Assembly (NCBI RefSeq): GCF_022539665.2
Contig: NC_081333.1
Span: forward strand, 868,001-932,000
Direction of reading: 5' to 3'
DNA from: Daphnia carinata
Lineage: Eukaryota
Length of the DNA: 64,000 nt
In this document: positions 10,051-24,900 of the stretch, in pieces
Layout of the letters: every line of letters begins with the position of its first letter
Numbering within the stretch: the first letter of the stretch is position 1
Made by a program: the position numbers and the translations under genes
Notes under the pieces: model-generated
Seen by the model: only the letters and a program-made list of their open reading frames with translations
Database searches by the model: none
Told to the model about the DNA's origin: nothing

Positions 10051-12971
10051 TCAATCTTCTTCACTTAAGAATTCTCGCTCGAGAGCCTGACCAGCTAAAC
10101 ATAGTTCTGAATCTTCTGGTTCTTCATCTGTTTCTAAATCCTCAACTTCTGGCTCGTTGTCGTCTTCGTCGTCAGGATCATCGACGTCAACTTCAAGGTC
10201 AGGAATATCTTCACCTCTTCGAAATTTTGTCATGAGTGAATCGTTTTCTGGACTGTCTTGTTCAATCACTTCACCAATTACTAAATCGTGATCTGCTACT
10301 TCCAGCTTCCGTTTTCGGGAAGGCGATTCATCCCTGTCTATTTTGAAGAATAATATGAATGTACAGTTATGCGTTTACAATTATTATTTTTATGAAGACG
10401 AAACAATTAGGATTCTTACTTGGTACAGTTTCAGTTTTATCGTCGTTCTCTTCCGTTATGAAATTCATAGGCTCTACTTCTTCGTCGGTCTCACCTCCTT
10501 CCATATCTTGCAAGATATCTTCGACTTCACGATCCATGTCAGCAATTTCGTCGGTCGACAGTGAAAGCAGGGGGTTAACAGTTTCGCTAAATCTCTTTTG
10601 AGTCTGAAATAAACGAAACATTTGTGAGAAAATAACAAAACGTATAGGTAAAAGATGAAATACATTTGAATTGCGAGACGTAGCCAACGTTTTCCCTTTA
10701 TCGCTTTTCTTTGGTTGACGAAAAACTCTTTTTCCTGTTACCCGGTCGTAATACGGAACTGCAGCGTCTTGTTCTTCTTTGCCGCTCGCGGCAATTGCCA
10801 ACTGAAAAGCAACATCTGGACTGGTGCAGTGGGCAGGAGGCTTCCGCCGAACTGTTACCAATTCCGAGTTGAGAGGATAAAGTCGCTCTTCCACACGCTC
10901 CCACCGCTCTGCACATGACCACAGCCAATCAGGAGTCACTACTCGAATATGTTTGTACTTCTTGGCTTCAATTAACTATTGAGAAATGCAACTTTTATAA
11001 CAATAAGTAAAGTAAACAAAATCACGAAATTACTTTGGCGGTTCCTAGCCTTGCTGCAATTACGTGAGTAGTAGTTTCAGACACTCTGTCCATGATGATT
11101 GCTCCAAGACTTTTTGCTACCAAATATGGTTTGCTTTTCTCCAAAGAGGTGTTTGTGGGCACAACACCACTGAAAACTATGTGCACATCTTCAAGAACCT
11201 TACGGCGGACATAAGGTAAGACAATTTTCATGTCCGGTACTGCTTTTGTTTCTTTCTTTCTGTTATCGTCGTACAGTTCGTAGTATGCATGATGAATGGT
11301 GCGCAATATGTCTTGTAGATGAAGGAGATAATCGTCTGTGTCACGAATGTGAATTTTATCACTTTCTGATTTTTCTTTTTCCTGATTATCACCCTCATCC
11401 AGCACTTTTTTATCCGTTTCATTCAAAACAGGTTTTTCCGCGTCCTCTGTTCCTTTTGTTTGCGTCTCTGATGCTTCTTTCGTTGCTGTTTCTTTTGGGT
11501 CTTCAGTTAACTCACTCGTACTCACTAGAACTTCGTCATTTAGCTTTGTCTCTTCATAACTGCTTGGGGTTTCGGTAGCGTAATTATCGGGTTTATTCTC
11601 ATCTTCAACAGGGGTTCCACCGTCAACGTTCGAATCATCGGGAGCCGTTTGAGGTTTTTCTTTTTCCTCTTCAGCATTTTTCGGCGCAGAGCCGTTTACT
11701 ACTTTAGGAGTAGATGCCTCGAGCGAATTTTCTCCCGACTTTAAGGAAGCAAAGTCAAAACCTTCCTTATCATCTTTTTCTTGCTTTGCCAATCCTGGGG
11801 GAGCGTTTATGTCTCCAGTGTGTTGAAAAAAATGGTACGGACGGACGTGTATCAAATTCGGCGCAAAATTCCACACGTCTTCTCTATCGTCAATGATGAC
11901 AACCATGTGGTCTCCACAAGGAAACAAAGCTCTAGAAATAAATCAACAAAATTAAACGGGCATGAGTTTCATGAAAAATTATAAAGTTTCCTAATGCTTA
12001 TGGTAATACTTGAGATTCGCAGTTTTGGAGTGCGCACTGAAGCATTCATCTCGAGATAAAATTCGATGGGAAAAGTACCGGCCTTCTTCATCGAGGAAAT
12101 TTGCAATCATGTGGGCGTACGTGCGTGAGCCGAAGGTGCATATGTGAAGCTCATAGAGAGAACTAATGTTTGAGAGTAACTGCTTGGTGAAGGGTCTAAG
12201 ACGCGTGTGATACCACGGTGAAGTAGGTCCATGTAGTTGAAAGTGAAAAACATCCTATAGAAAAAAAACCCTGTTTAGATAACATGAAAGATTCCAGCAA
12301 AGACACTTATACCTCAATATTGGGAGGGATCTCATCATTGGTAGTGTGAATCAGAGTTTGATCCAAATCTACTAGTAAAACTAGTTTTCTGTCTCGAAGA
12401 AGCCGTTCTTCATCTGCTTTACCCAACTGAGTGGCTTCCTATTCAAACAATTCAAAAAATTGAAAATAAATGACTGTTTTAATTTTTTGTTAATCCTACC
12501 TTCATGCTGACCATCAGTTCGGGAATGTTATGAACCATGGCAACAGCAGCGGTCTGGCTTCTCTGATTGGTTTCACGCAAATCTGCTCCACATTCTGCAC
12601 ACATATCTTTCATGACTGTTGGATGACTACAGTTGCTGTATTCCAAAATCTGTGCTCTACGAAAAAATAATGTGTAAAAAAGGCAAACAAAACGGTAGAA
12701 AAAATAAATACCCTTGGTCAATAACATTCCCTTCTTTTATATAGAGCTTTTCCAACAACCCAGCCGAAGTGGCGCGAACAACAAATTTACTGGGGCCATT
12801 GCTAACTGAATTGTTCGCATTTTCATTCTCACGACTACGGATTTCTTCGGGTTCAAATTGAAACAGAATTTGCCCAATAGTAATATGAGAACCTTCTTTA
12901 ACTTTAATTTTTACTACTTTAGCACGATAATTTTCTGAAAAAAATAATGATTCGCGTTGGGTCGCCGCCAT
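10051..12971 (-). CDS. CTDP1: RNA polymerase II CTD phosphatase FCP1, ~8 exons (12971-12712, 12656-12500, 12438-12313, 12254-12010, 11931-11034, 10975-10664, 10603-10420, 10337-10051)
   Basis: CSHPTVMKDMCAECGADL; HAD motif LVDLDQTLIHT; FPCGDHMVVIIDDREDVW; BRCT domain (IVFSGVVP...VTPDWLWSCAERWERVEERLYPL); acidic C-terminus. Splice sites assigned by eye. Confidence 0.95.
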
Positions 12972-13448
12972 TGTTTGTTGATGAAAATATTTCTCCAAGC
13001 TGCCGGCAGGGGTTGGGCAAGAACTAGGAAAGCTATCTGGAAGAAGGCCATAGGGCAAGCTAGGGACAGCCCCGATCGACAGCGATCCGACCCGACCCAA
13101 AAATTAAGAGCCCACACAGCAGACGAAGTTCTGATCGGTTTCCTAGTTTCGGATGTTGAAGTTGACTTGAGTTTCGCGAACCAAGGCTGACGTAACTAAC
13201 TAGCCAACTTCTTTTTTCACAAAACAGGAAAATTGTTAAAAATTTTTTTTTTGTTTCGTTACCAATCCTCCACAATTTTTTGTTCGCTGAAGTCCCCTTC
13301 GACCGTTTGACTATAAGAGTGAAACGAAAGCAACACCTCCCGCTTTTCTAGCGAACCCAAGATCTAGTGAACGAAATAGTATACAATAGAGGTGGTTCAT
13401 CACATAATTACAACACTAAACAAAGCAACGTGAAAACCCCATAAAGGA

Positions 13449-14594
13449 ATGCGTCATTTCTCCTATATGTTCTCGTCCATGCCCCGGTTATCATGCTTTC
13501 TCCGTCAAACAAAATCGACGGCAAGATTATACAGCTCAAACAACCATGTATTTCATATTCCAGTTATGCACAAGGAAGTTCTTACCATATTTGACCCTCA
13601 AGATGGTCAAAAGTTTCTTGATATGACATTTGGTGCTGGAGGACATACCAGAAAGTTGCTAAGTTCATCTAACAATGCAACAATTTATACCTTGGATAGA
13701 GATCCTTTTGCGTACGACCTTGCTATAAAATTAGCGAGTGTAACAACAAATGGCAATATTTTTCCGTTATTAGGAAAATTCAGTGATTTACCGGAACTTA
13801 TGTCAGATACCGAAGTGGACAATTTTTTTGACGGAATACTTATTGATTGTGGTTGCTCATCTATGCAGTATGATATGAAAGAAAGAGGTTTCTCTTTGAG
13901 TAAAGATGGACCGTTGGACATGCGTATGGACCAGGATAGGTTAGCCAATCAACCGTCCGCAAAAGACATTTTAGCACACATCGACGAAGACAGTCTCGCC
14001 CGCGTATTAAAAATCTACGGGGAAGAAAAACAAGCGAAGAAAATTGCGAGAGCCATTGTTGAAGCGAGATATTTATTCACAAGTCTTAATACAACGCATG
14101 AATTGGCGCAACTAGTAGAGAGTGCCTGTGGATTTAGTTCTCGTACGGATAAATTACAACGGTCAAGTCACGTGGCCACCAAAACTTTTCAGGCACTGAG
14201 AATTCTTGTCAACGACGAACTCAATGAGCTCGACTTCGCTGTGAGATTCGCACATCGAGCTCTGAAAATCGGCGGGAAATTAATTACAATCACCTTCCAT
14301 TCGTTGGAAGATCGGTAATTATGTTTGAACTAGTATTGTAATAAAATTTGTTTGCAATGGTTTTCTTATTACAGGATAGTGAAGAATCATCTTCATGACC
14401 TAGATTACTCAACCGACAGTGAACAAAAGTACAAAAACTATGCCAGACATCTTGACCCGTTGGACGTTCAGGTTCTCATGGAACGGCAATGGCTGGCAAT
14501 CAACAAACACGTCCTTACGCCTACTGACGAAGAAATCAATGAAAATCCACGTAGTAGATCCGCAAAACTAAGAGCAGCAATAAAGCTCCGATAA
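13449..14594 (+). CDS. METTL15: Mitochondrial 12S rRNA m4C methyltransferase (RsmH/MraW family), 2 exons 13449-14314 and 14375-14594
   Basis: HIPVM, DMTFGAGGHT, DCGCSSMQ, RGFS..DGPLDMRMD, ATKTFQALRI.VNDEL, ITFHSLEDR|IVK, NPRSRSAKLR; N-terminal basic presequence-like segment. Confidence 0.95.
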
Positions 14595-15035
14595 ACCTGG
14601 ATGGTTTAGTCTAATTTAAGTCCATGAATTTGTTTTTATTTGAATGGAATCGATGGCTGACAACTCATTCGAAAACCACGAAATATATTGAAATGAATAT
14701 CTTTCTTTTAGGTAACTAGTCAATTTAGAAGCATAGACTCCATTCTTTACGCAAATTCGAGGAATAACGGAAACGAAAAAAACTGTATTAAACTTTAATA
14801 GTTGTGCTATGAACGATTTTATAATAATACTTGTGCTGTGAACAATTGTATAATAATACTGGTGTTGTTGCAACACCAGCATGTATACAAGCAAAACAGT
14901 AATTCTTTAAAGAAAAATCCGGCCAGAACGGTTCCAATTTCAGTTGATTATTCGTTTGCGGACAACAGAAAAAAAACCCAAAGATGCTCACGAATATTGA
15001 CCAGTTGGTATGAAGCATTTTTGTCACAATGACTA

Positions 15036-15761
15036 TTAATCGTTTTGGGACGTATTAAAAATTTGGGAATGCTCCAGTATATCTACTGGCTTGTCTGAAA
15101 TAGGCTGGAGAGTGCAATTCACCATGGCTTGCGCAACAGCCTTCGTTGGGATGCTTACTTTTCGCCATCGATCAACTGAACCGATTGTAACTTGAAGTAC
15201 TTTCTCGAGAACACGACTTTCCTACAGTCAATTAATTGTTAAAGTTAGTGTGCATTATAGCAGAGCATAAAATATTCTTACTTGTCTATCACAAAGAAGC
15301 AATCCTGGGCGGTAAATACAAAGTTTGTCAAATTCCATTTCTGCTACTTTTTCTTCCACCTCTCCTTTGGTTCGTGGATATAGAAACCAAGAATTTTTGT
15401 TTGAACCCTGGGCTGTCAGTAAATGAAACTGCTTGCATCCTGCTTGTTTTGCCAGTTGTGCTGACTGTACTACATAGTCACGATCAACCTTAACAAAACC
15501 ACTTGCCCCTGACTTTCCCCTTGTGGTACCAAGGCAACAGTATCCAATACCAAATCCCTCGAACGCTGATCCATAGTCTTCTAGATGTTCAAAGTCAACA
15601 ACATTTTGTTCAACGTTTGCAAACTTTTCTTCGTTTAGCTCAAGTTTCCTCCTTCCAATGACAGCGATCCTAGTAAAAGCCTTGTTGGAGGCAAGAATGT
15701 TAAGTAATTCTTTCCCAGTCTCTCCAGTAGCACCAAGAACGAAGGCCGTAAGTCCGCTCAT
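15036..15761 (-). CDS. HTATIP2: Oxidoreductase HTATIP2/TIP30 (atypical SDR), 2 exons 15761-15282 and 15221-15036
   Basis: AFVLGATGETG Rossmann motif, CCLGTTRGKSGASGFVKVDRDYV, FLYPRTKGEVE, IYRPGLLLCDRQ|ESR...; 60-nt GT-AG intron, in-frame TAA at 15036-15038. Confidence 0.93.
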
Positions 15762-15894
15762 GTTCAGATTATGTAAAGAGTAACGAATTGTTCTTCGATA
15801 TTCAACTGGTTTGCAACATGCTTGTCATGCCGGCATTAAACTATGGGTAGATTGCTTTCTTATCTAGCTTCTAGCCGGGAGTAGCGTTTTGTAT

Positions 15895-16006
15895 CAGTAG
15901 ATGGCGTGGGATAAACAAAATATGAGTAATTTACGAAAAGGACCCTAAATCCATAATGCCTCCCCATTTTCCAGTGAAGTTGTTTGCAACGTCCCATAGA
16001 TGGCAG
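15895..16006 (+). promoter_or_regulatory. Pair of CTCF-like motifs (CAGTAGATGGCG 15895-15906; CCCATAGATGGCAG 15993-16006) upstream of HTATIP2
   Basis: Match to the TAGATGGC(G/A) core of the CTCF consensus; motif match only. Confidence 0.4.
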
Positions 16007-18999
16007 AGAATGAAATTTGTGTTTTTAGGCTTTTAACTCGTCGCCATTATGCGAATTTCTTACGCATAACGTGGGAATGGGCTGTAGACAGTGAATTATA
16101 AATTATATTAATTTGAATTAATATTATATTCTATTAAATTTGAATTATTATTATATTAATTTGAAAAAATGTGCAAACCGTCTCTCAAAATCGCCTTCGG
16201 ATATGGCTCAAAAATATCAATTGGATGAAGGTCTAAATATTATCTGTAACGGGTAAAAGCAGGCACGACCCTATCTCAAGTAAATGATCTACAATTCGCA
16301 AGGAATCGCGAATGGATTATCGACTTAAAAAATTCTCGATACGTTATGATCAAAGTATTAAAAACATAAAAGCTGTATTTGAATGAAGAAACTCTGAAAA
16401 AGTTATTTCTGTAGCTTTAACTTTGATCTCTCGGAAAGGGCATTTTACAGTCTCTTTGCCAGTTCATTTGTTTCCAAACCCGATGTCATCGTGAAACGAA
16501 TTGTTTATTTGGGTTACGCCGTTACAGTTTTCGGCTGAGTGGAAAGATAATAGAATTCATTCTTACGTTACGGCTGAGTTGCTTCATCGCAGATAATTAA
16601 ATTTCGTGCAGTGGTCCTAACACTTGCTGTATTGTTGCAGTTGCGACATAAGATAGCTTGATACCATTTAAGTTTTACATCATGAAATAATATGAAAACT
16701 ACTTTGTAGTATCTTTTCAGCATGCTTTTTCTTCGCAACGAATAACATGTCGCGTTTATTATTACCATACTTGAATCAAAAAAGAAGTTTTCCCTTGAGT
16801 GATCTCTGTCTACGGTATCAGGCAAGTGTTAATAATTGACGTTATTTCGCATTTGTTACTTGACAACGACGTCACCTAACCCAAAATGTAGCAAACATGA
16901 GTTATGCGTCTCTGACTCAGCTATCGAAAACATAACATTTTTGAACAAAGAATTTCGATTGGTTGGACTGCGAGCACAATGGGGTATACTATCCTATGAT
17001 TTCATGGACCAAAGTGCTTTTTTTCTTTTTTTTTTTTTTTTTTTTTTTTTTCCAGGACCTGGAGGTATGACGAAAACATTGGACGTCGACGATCTGCGAG
17101 TATGTAACGATATTAGACACACCCTGAAACGATGAAACGCGCATGGCTGTATATAGTTGGGGGAAAATGTGTTGTAGCTGGATTCCTTTGACTTGCTGAG
17201 ACGGCCCTGCGCATTCAGCGCCAGCCAGTCACAATGAGGGATATTCAAATTCCCAGAACTTTCTGAGCAGATGAATCAACGTCGCAGTGGAATTGACAAG
17301 ATTCTCTCTACCTCACTGGCTGCCTCGAGATGAGCGCTACCTACAGAGGGGATATGGCTATACAAGTGAAGATCAGCAGCGCGGGTGGAAGGGTCATGGC
17401 TGTCAGAAAGACAGTCATACATCATGCGCGCCGTGAGAAGATGGATCACTGCATTTCAACGCGTCACAATTGAGCGTGTATATCCTCTCACAAACCATGA
17501 ACTTCTTTTTGCCTTTTTAACGTACACGTCCCTCTCCTTCTTCTCCTTCTTATACGTATATATATATATTTTTTTTTTTGTGGTTCTCTTCGCGGCCACA
17601 TTTCGTGGAGATAAAGCTCGCGGAATAAAAGCTTCGATTGGTTTTTATTGCGTTGCCGTTTGGCCGTTCTTTGAGTTATCTATGTACAGGATTGCGGGAA
17701 GGGGATTTACTAATTCAGAGATTTCCCTTTTTCTTGGAATTAGATTCGAATTATAAAGGCAACGCTATTCACGAGAGGTACGTGTGGCAGCACCCACAAT
17801 TGCCCTTCCTCAACCAATCCCCGTGCGAGTAATTACAACAACAACAAAAAATGGCAACACACGGATGCAGGATGACCCTACAGCAGGTGTTGGAAATCAA
17901 AGGTTCTGTTTCGTTTTGATTACGAAACCGTACGAAGTTGTTCTCGCAAACAGTGAATTTACATTTCTACATTTTTTGAAATATAGCCCCATTGCGGATG
18001 GCTGAAGCTTGCGTTTTAGACTTAAGAGTTTATGTTAATGTTTCATACTTTCTTTTTTATTCGTGTTTCATTTTCCCGAGATCTTGTCTGAATTTGCGAT
18101 ATCTAAAATGCGTTTAAATGCACTGCGAGATCAGGATGTAAATACGCGTTGCTCATTTGACGTGCTGCAATCCCTTAAAAAGACTTCAGACTTGATTTGA
18201 GGGTGAACTTGAAATAGTCGTTCCACGCAAACCCCTTTTCTAGATCAATATTTGCATTTGTGAAGCAAAGCGGACGACAAGTTCTGTAATGAGTCAGTCA
18301 ATTGTGTTTTTTTAATTTAGTCTTGTCGTCCATACTTGTCTTTATAATTTCTAATCTATGCAAGTTAGTATTCGTGTTCCAGGAAAAATCGTACGTTGCT
18401 CAACTTTTTTTTTTGCTTTTTCGTGTTACGACAATTACGAAATTAATTAAATTCAGAGAAGAAAAACGCTTTAGAATTTTATATTGTTTATGTGCTGTAC
18501 AGTCTTCAATTAAAATCAACTCTGTCCTATCATGTTTATTCAAAATATACGCGTAAACCTTTGTTTTATTCAGCCGCCGTTTGTTTGAAAATTCGATAAA
18601 TTTTTATTTCTTCCTAATCCCAATAATCTGCACAAAAAGATTTAAACTCACTTGCAGCAGTTGGCTATTGCTGACGTGTGTTTCATTTCTTTGCCTATGT
18701 AAGTAATGCCATATTACCTTAATTTTTTCCAGTTCATAATTAATAAAATAGAATAGGCTCGGTATATTGCCATTCAAACGATTAGCTTCTAGATGAAAAC
18801 GAAGTAAGTGTATCACAATGAAGTGTGGAGTTTTTACGCCAATAAAAAAAAAATATTCTCGTCTTTCGTATTCCATTTTTGCGAGTGTGCCAAGTCTCGC
18901 TATAATAAATACAGCACGGCCACCTGTTGTTTCGTACACTTGATTGGATTTTCTCTGTTAATTCTTGCGATTCGCTGGTACATACGCACTACGGCTATA

Positions 19000-21900
19000 G
19001 GTGGTGTATTCAAATAACGGGAAAAGAAAAGAAAAAAAAAAAAAAAGTGGCATCCGGAAGTTGGAGGCGTGTAAAAATGGCCGAAGGGGAATCCATACCT
19101 GCATATAGTTATTCGTTTGTTTATTTATCTCTCTAGACATCGTCTGAAGCATCGGTATGCAAGCGAACATCAATGCAGGCTTGATGTTAATGACAAAACA
19201 CTCGACCAATCCCAATGCCCTCTGCCAACACGACTTTGTAAGTCTTACAAAGGATAATGTTCATGTTTCAGATGACATGTTGAATTATCCTAGGCTTGTG
19301 TATGCCCTATACGTAAGAGACTTGAGTTCTTTTTTTTTTTTTTTTTACTTACAGTAAGTAGATTCATGTTAATTTAGAGCCCATCTGTAAAGGGTTTTGG
19401 TGGCATTAACACGATGATAGGCCTATAAACAATTTCGTGAAAATCTGTTAAGCAACGCCCCCTCCATTTGTGAGTTGGTATAAATTCAACGCCAAAGAAT
19501 TAGGATAATGTGAACGACGTGTTCCTCTTTTCTTTTCTTTTGGCCCTAAAAAAAAAAAAAAAAAGAAATCCCGAAAGGAAAAAGATAATTGGTTGAATCA
19601 TTTAGTTTTTAGACACCGTAAACTTTAAACTGATTGGTACATACAGGAAGGCTGAACGAAACCGCATGAAAAGTGTTGAAGCGTTGTTACGCAATCTCTT
19701 TTCAACATAAACCCGCTCAGTGTGTGAACAGTAGCTACCGGTAAGTGGAAACCTCATCACGTAATCTTCTCATTTTTACAATGAGGTTGCCCGGGGGCAT
19801 TGTTCACAGTTTGTTGCATTTTACGACCTCTGTGAAAAGAAGCGATTTTCATTGCACCTTATTGAAGCATCAATTGGTCAATAACTAAAAAAAAAAAAAA
19901 AAATAAATAATGAAAATGAAAATGAAAAAAAAAAATGATTGATTAGAGTGTCAAACTAAAATCGTGCCTGCGCAGTTACGTGCAACAACGAGCACTCGCC
20001 AAAGACATTGTTCACATTTTATGTACGCGGCAGTAGAAACTCAAATTATTTTGACTCCGACAACCTGTAATTTTGGGCTTGTTATTATACACCCCGCATT
20101 ACCTCCAACCGATGTTTAAAAAAAAAAAAAAAAAGAACTCGGAACAACTTGCGATGTGTTGCTTTTGATCGAGGGGGTTGGAAACGTTTATACTTAAAAA
20201 AAAAAAAAAAAAAATTGAAGTGAACATGAAGAGATATTTGTTTTTGTTTCTGTCATGAATATAACTCTATATTCTTTTTATTTATTTATTTTTTCCCCCT
20301 TAATTATGGCTTGGTTTTTTCTTTACGCTTCTCCTTGACTGAAGCCTTTCTTAGAGCCTCGTTTCCTAGGTGGTCAGTGACTCGAGTGAGATTTTATCGC
20401 CATCCACTTAAGTTGTCAGAAGCGAAGAAAAAAAAAAAAAAAAAAAGGAAAACATTTATTTTTTTTTTCTTCCTTTAACTCTTCGACTAGATTATTATTA
20501 ATTTTTTTTTAAACCTCCTAATGAAAAGTTTTTTTTTTTTTTTTTTCAAATGCCAGACTTATTAGAACGATGATACGTCAGCAATTTTTACATCCGTGGC
20601 GATTTATATTCTTTAAAAATCGTTCAAAGTGCGTGCAGCTTTCCCAAGTCCTACGCATATCGATTTTTATAGGTAAGAAATCGATCAATCCAGTTTTCTC
20701 TTTTTTTTTTATTATTATTCTTGTTTGGTTGTGATTATTATAGATGATCTCGTTTCAATATACAAGAAGAATTTAATTTAAACGTTTTTTTTTTTTTTGT
20801 CGTTGTTGTTTTGTTTTTGTAAATTTCGTTTGAGAATTATTTTGACAACGTCAGTTTCTGATTTGTTCTTTTCGTTGTAGCGTTTAGTCTTGATCATTTA
20901 GGCCGCTACTCTCGCAACTTTGGCTGTCTGCTCTATTTAGTAGTCGACGGCGCTTGTGTTTCCAGAACATGTTTTTTTTTTTGTTTTTTTTACAAACAAC
21001 TTCTCAGTCACGTATTTGTTGTCGCGGCTTGGCTTTGACCGACAATATGTTAGGCGCATTTGCATGTCAATTAAATTCGCATAATATTAATACAATGTTG
21101 CTTGATTTTGTTTTGTTTTTTTGTTTTCATCGACCTTGATACATACAAGACTTGAAAAAAAAAAAACTTGCATTAATGATCATGAAGTCTTTTCTTTTCT
21201 TTCTGTCGGAGTATCACTGCATTTGTCGGTAGATATATATACACATTCCGGGTGGTACTCCCTGTGGGAGCTGAGCCCAACTAATAATAATATTTCGAAA
21301 GAAGAAAAAAAGAAGAAGGAAAACGTCATGGCGCTCCAGTTGTTTTGGAAGATTTAGAATTTCGGCTTCCTTTTGATCAGATATACATATATATATATAT
21401 ATATTTTTTTTAGTTATTAATGTTGTTTTATTTTTTTTTATTTTTTTGTTTGCCTTTGTTTTGATTTTTCGTATCAGATTATAAGGTAAACTCGAGATGA
21501 TTGGGAGTACACTAGTTTACGCAATGTTCATGTTTGAGGCTTCGGTGTGTATTTAATAGGCTAAGTAATGACGAATGTTGAAAAAAGAAATGTAAGCTAT
21601 TATTCGATGTACTATTATTATCACATCGGGCGTAAGATATTGTTTGCCCTAGACGACAATAATCTTCGATATACAAATGGCATTATGTAAATAGGTTACT
21701 GTAGAAATTTTATACTAGAAACACTCTAATGATCTTTAAAACTTATGTCTCAACATAAAGGGGGAACTTTCATAACAGCGAAATGCGTTTAAAATAATTG
21801 TGCAAAGACCATAATGTTTATGGCAAGTAATATTTGCATGCCTAGCATATTAAGCTGAACAAAGCGTCAGATCAAAGACATTTCCATATGAATTCGGTAG

Positions 21901-24900
21901 TTCATTAAGGACTGCTGGAATCTTACTTTAATGTTATTCCTCTCTTATTTCGTAACCTCATACTTTTCTGAAGAAAAAAAAAAAATTAATGGTAGATGTT
22001 ATCAACATTGATTCTTTTGAATTAAAAAACCGACTTAGTTTCATATGGGAGCCATTCTTACCTGTTTTTAATTCGATTCTGTTAAATTCATTAATATGAC
22101 GTTTTATCAAAAAAAACAAAAAAAAAAAAAAAAAAAGGTGAATCACGTGTTTGTGTTCTTGTTTTTTTAGCGCGATTATTTCTTTAATTACATCCAATGG
22201 AACTTGTATAGAGAGTTGAGGGATGTGACCTGCATGTTAGACTACCCAGAAGAGACAGATGACGCTTTGTCCAACAAGCTTCCTGTTTCTTCTCTCTTTC
22301 TCTCCAACTGGTTACGGTTTTTCATAAGTTGTTTTAATGACATTTTGTTCAAAATTTACGTTTATTAATTCGATAGCCTGTGTTTTTTGAGGGCTTTCAA
22401 ACAGTTGTAAAAACTACTGATAAAAGTCAGTTAGAAACATTGAAAAAACAAATTGTTTTTTTTTAATTTTAAATATATCTTCCCACCCCCCTTTCTGTTT
22501 CTTTCTTGTTTGGTTTGTAAGAGCAATGCTACATTTCATTTATGGACACGTACAAATGAAAAGGCACAAAAAGAGAATTGTAGAGGCGTTCCCATTTCAT
22601 ACTGACTCGGTAGTTGAAGAGGGGGGGGGGGGCGAAGTTATTTTTTTTTTTTTTTTTTTTTTTGAAAGCCCGTAATTTAATCGAATTGATAGTTGTTGAT
22701 TCCATCTAGGCAGTTGAAGTTAATTACCTTTCACGACAGGAGGTCCGTCTCTTTTTAGGGGGAAGCTGGCGCTACTTTAACAGATCTATTCTTTTTTTTT
22801 TTTTTTTTCGTATGTGTATACGTACGCGCCCTAACGATTCCGCGAATTTCTTTCGTTTATTTTGTCCAGCCGTCTCGTCTATGATTTCGTGAATTCAGGA
22901 ATTGCGTTTCTTTTCTTTTTTTTTCTTCTCCCCTATAAGTGCGTGATAACAGGATGTATCGCAATCATCATTCGTTCGGTCGTTTTTTTCCTCGAAATTG
23001 TATTCACGTAATGCGCAAAGGGCATCAACGTCCTTTTGTGCTGTGTGCGCGCTATAAAATTCAAGTACAAATCAGTTGATTGTTATCTCATCATTTTCGG
23101 CTACGTCGAATTACTTCCTGAATCATCTCTTTCGCCATGGGTTAACGTGCAATTTGCAAAACGGCAGCGAAGCACATTTTTTTTTTCACATACGTTTTAT
23201 TAAAGAATTGAATTTGATACGTTTAAAAAACAAAAAAAAAAAAAAAAAAAGTTTTTTTTTTTTTTTTTTTTTTTTTTCACAAGACAATTTAATAGCCAGT
23301 TGATGTCTAAGGTCAGCCATCTAGACGTGAGTCGCTATGTTGCTAACCGCTAACCTGACCGAAGGAAGCTATTGGAGTTAAAAACGCAGGTATATAATGT
23401 ATGCCGGGATTTCGACGCAACAATGGTGCCCCAACCGCATTTGCATGAGTATATATATCCATCGAAAATAGTTTATTTCTGAACATATACCTCCCCCCCT
23501 CCCCCAAAAAAAAAAAAACCACTACCATCGGAAATGTAAACCGTCTCTATTTCGAGCGGCAATCAGTTTGCTTTTTTCTTCGTATAACTTGCAACAATCT
23601 GAAAGCATTTATATCTTTCCGATTTTTTCTTTTCTTTTTGAATTTCAAAAAATACATATATCCATCTGTGTGACAATGGCATTCATTTTCTTACAGCATC
23701 TAGGCCCGATAGCCCCGTATACTTAGCATGTGTAACAAGTATTTTCATATTTCTTTTTGCCTATCTTTAAGAAATCGAAAATGCGTACATTTCTTTCTTT
23801 TCTTTTCTTTTTATTATCATTGGAAATAAAACCGTTGGGCTGTCGTCTATTTTTTTTTCTTTTTTTTTTATCTTATAGTAGAGCTGCTACATGAAGGGTA
23901 ATACGATAAGCATTTAGCACCAGACAAGGGGACGCTATTTTCTTTTTAAAAAAAAAATTTCTTCTTTTCTTGTAAACACGGATAGCGGTGAAATCAGTAA
24001 TGGCTCGAGATTAGAGGCAGATCTACGTTAGTTCAATGGCTATAGCAAATTCATGGTGCACATTTTTTTTTCATTGGCTTCTCTACCTGTCGAAAAATAG
24101 CAGCGAAAACTGGGGGAAATGTCTTTTTTTTTATTTTTAAGGAGGGCATAAAATTGCCAAAATTAAACGCCTTGATTTATAGCAGGTGAATGTTTTATGG
24201 GTCGCATGATGTCTCGTGGGAAATAAGATGAGGTCCTCGTGCTATATAAGCCCCACCTGGTTCATAAGAAGAAATCTGTGGGTCAATAGGGGCTGACCGG
24301 GTGTCCTCCTGCATTTAATGCCAGGACTTTTTTCTTTCTTTTTTTTTCTAAAGGAATTGCATTTGGTATCAACTGTCTGTAGGGCTCCTCGGCACAGCAG
24401 GCCACCCAAATGCATTCTGATGAGCCTAGGCCTATACATACAGCCGACAAATTAAAAAATTGTAAAAAAAAAAATTCTTAATGGTAGATTTAGTCATTTT
24501 TTTTTGTGTGTGTGTGTGTCGTTGTCAGCTGCATTGCTAGGCCATCCGATTCAGCCGTCTTTATTATTACTTTTTTTTTTTTCTTTTGTTTCTTTTGTAA
24601 GCTTTACTGACGCACCCAGTGCAGCTGTTGCTGCTGATCACGGCAATTTTCACCCTCTTTTAAAAGGTCATAAAATGTGATGAAGGCAACCGAGAGGCTC
24701 CTCTTTTCTTAAGCCATCCCAGGCCGTTAAAAAATTTAGCTTGCTCGTATGCCAGGCTTTCATAATGAGTTCTCGACAAAATCATGTGGCAAAAAGAAAA
24801 AAAAAAAAAAAAAAAAATGTATAAATATATATATCCATTTTCCTTTATTATTTTTAAAAAGGGAGGAAGGCCGTTAGTTCAACTAGGTGTTCTTGTACCG

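Noticed and set aside
12972..13100. N-terminal extension of CTDP1 in the ORF track
   Set aside because: Starts at a non-ATG codon; the first ATG at 12971 (MAATQRES) is the more plausible start.
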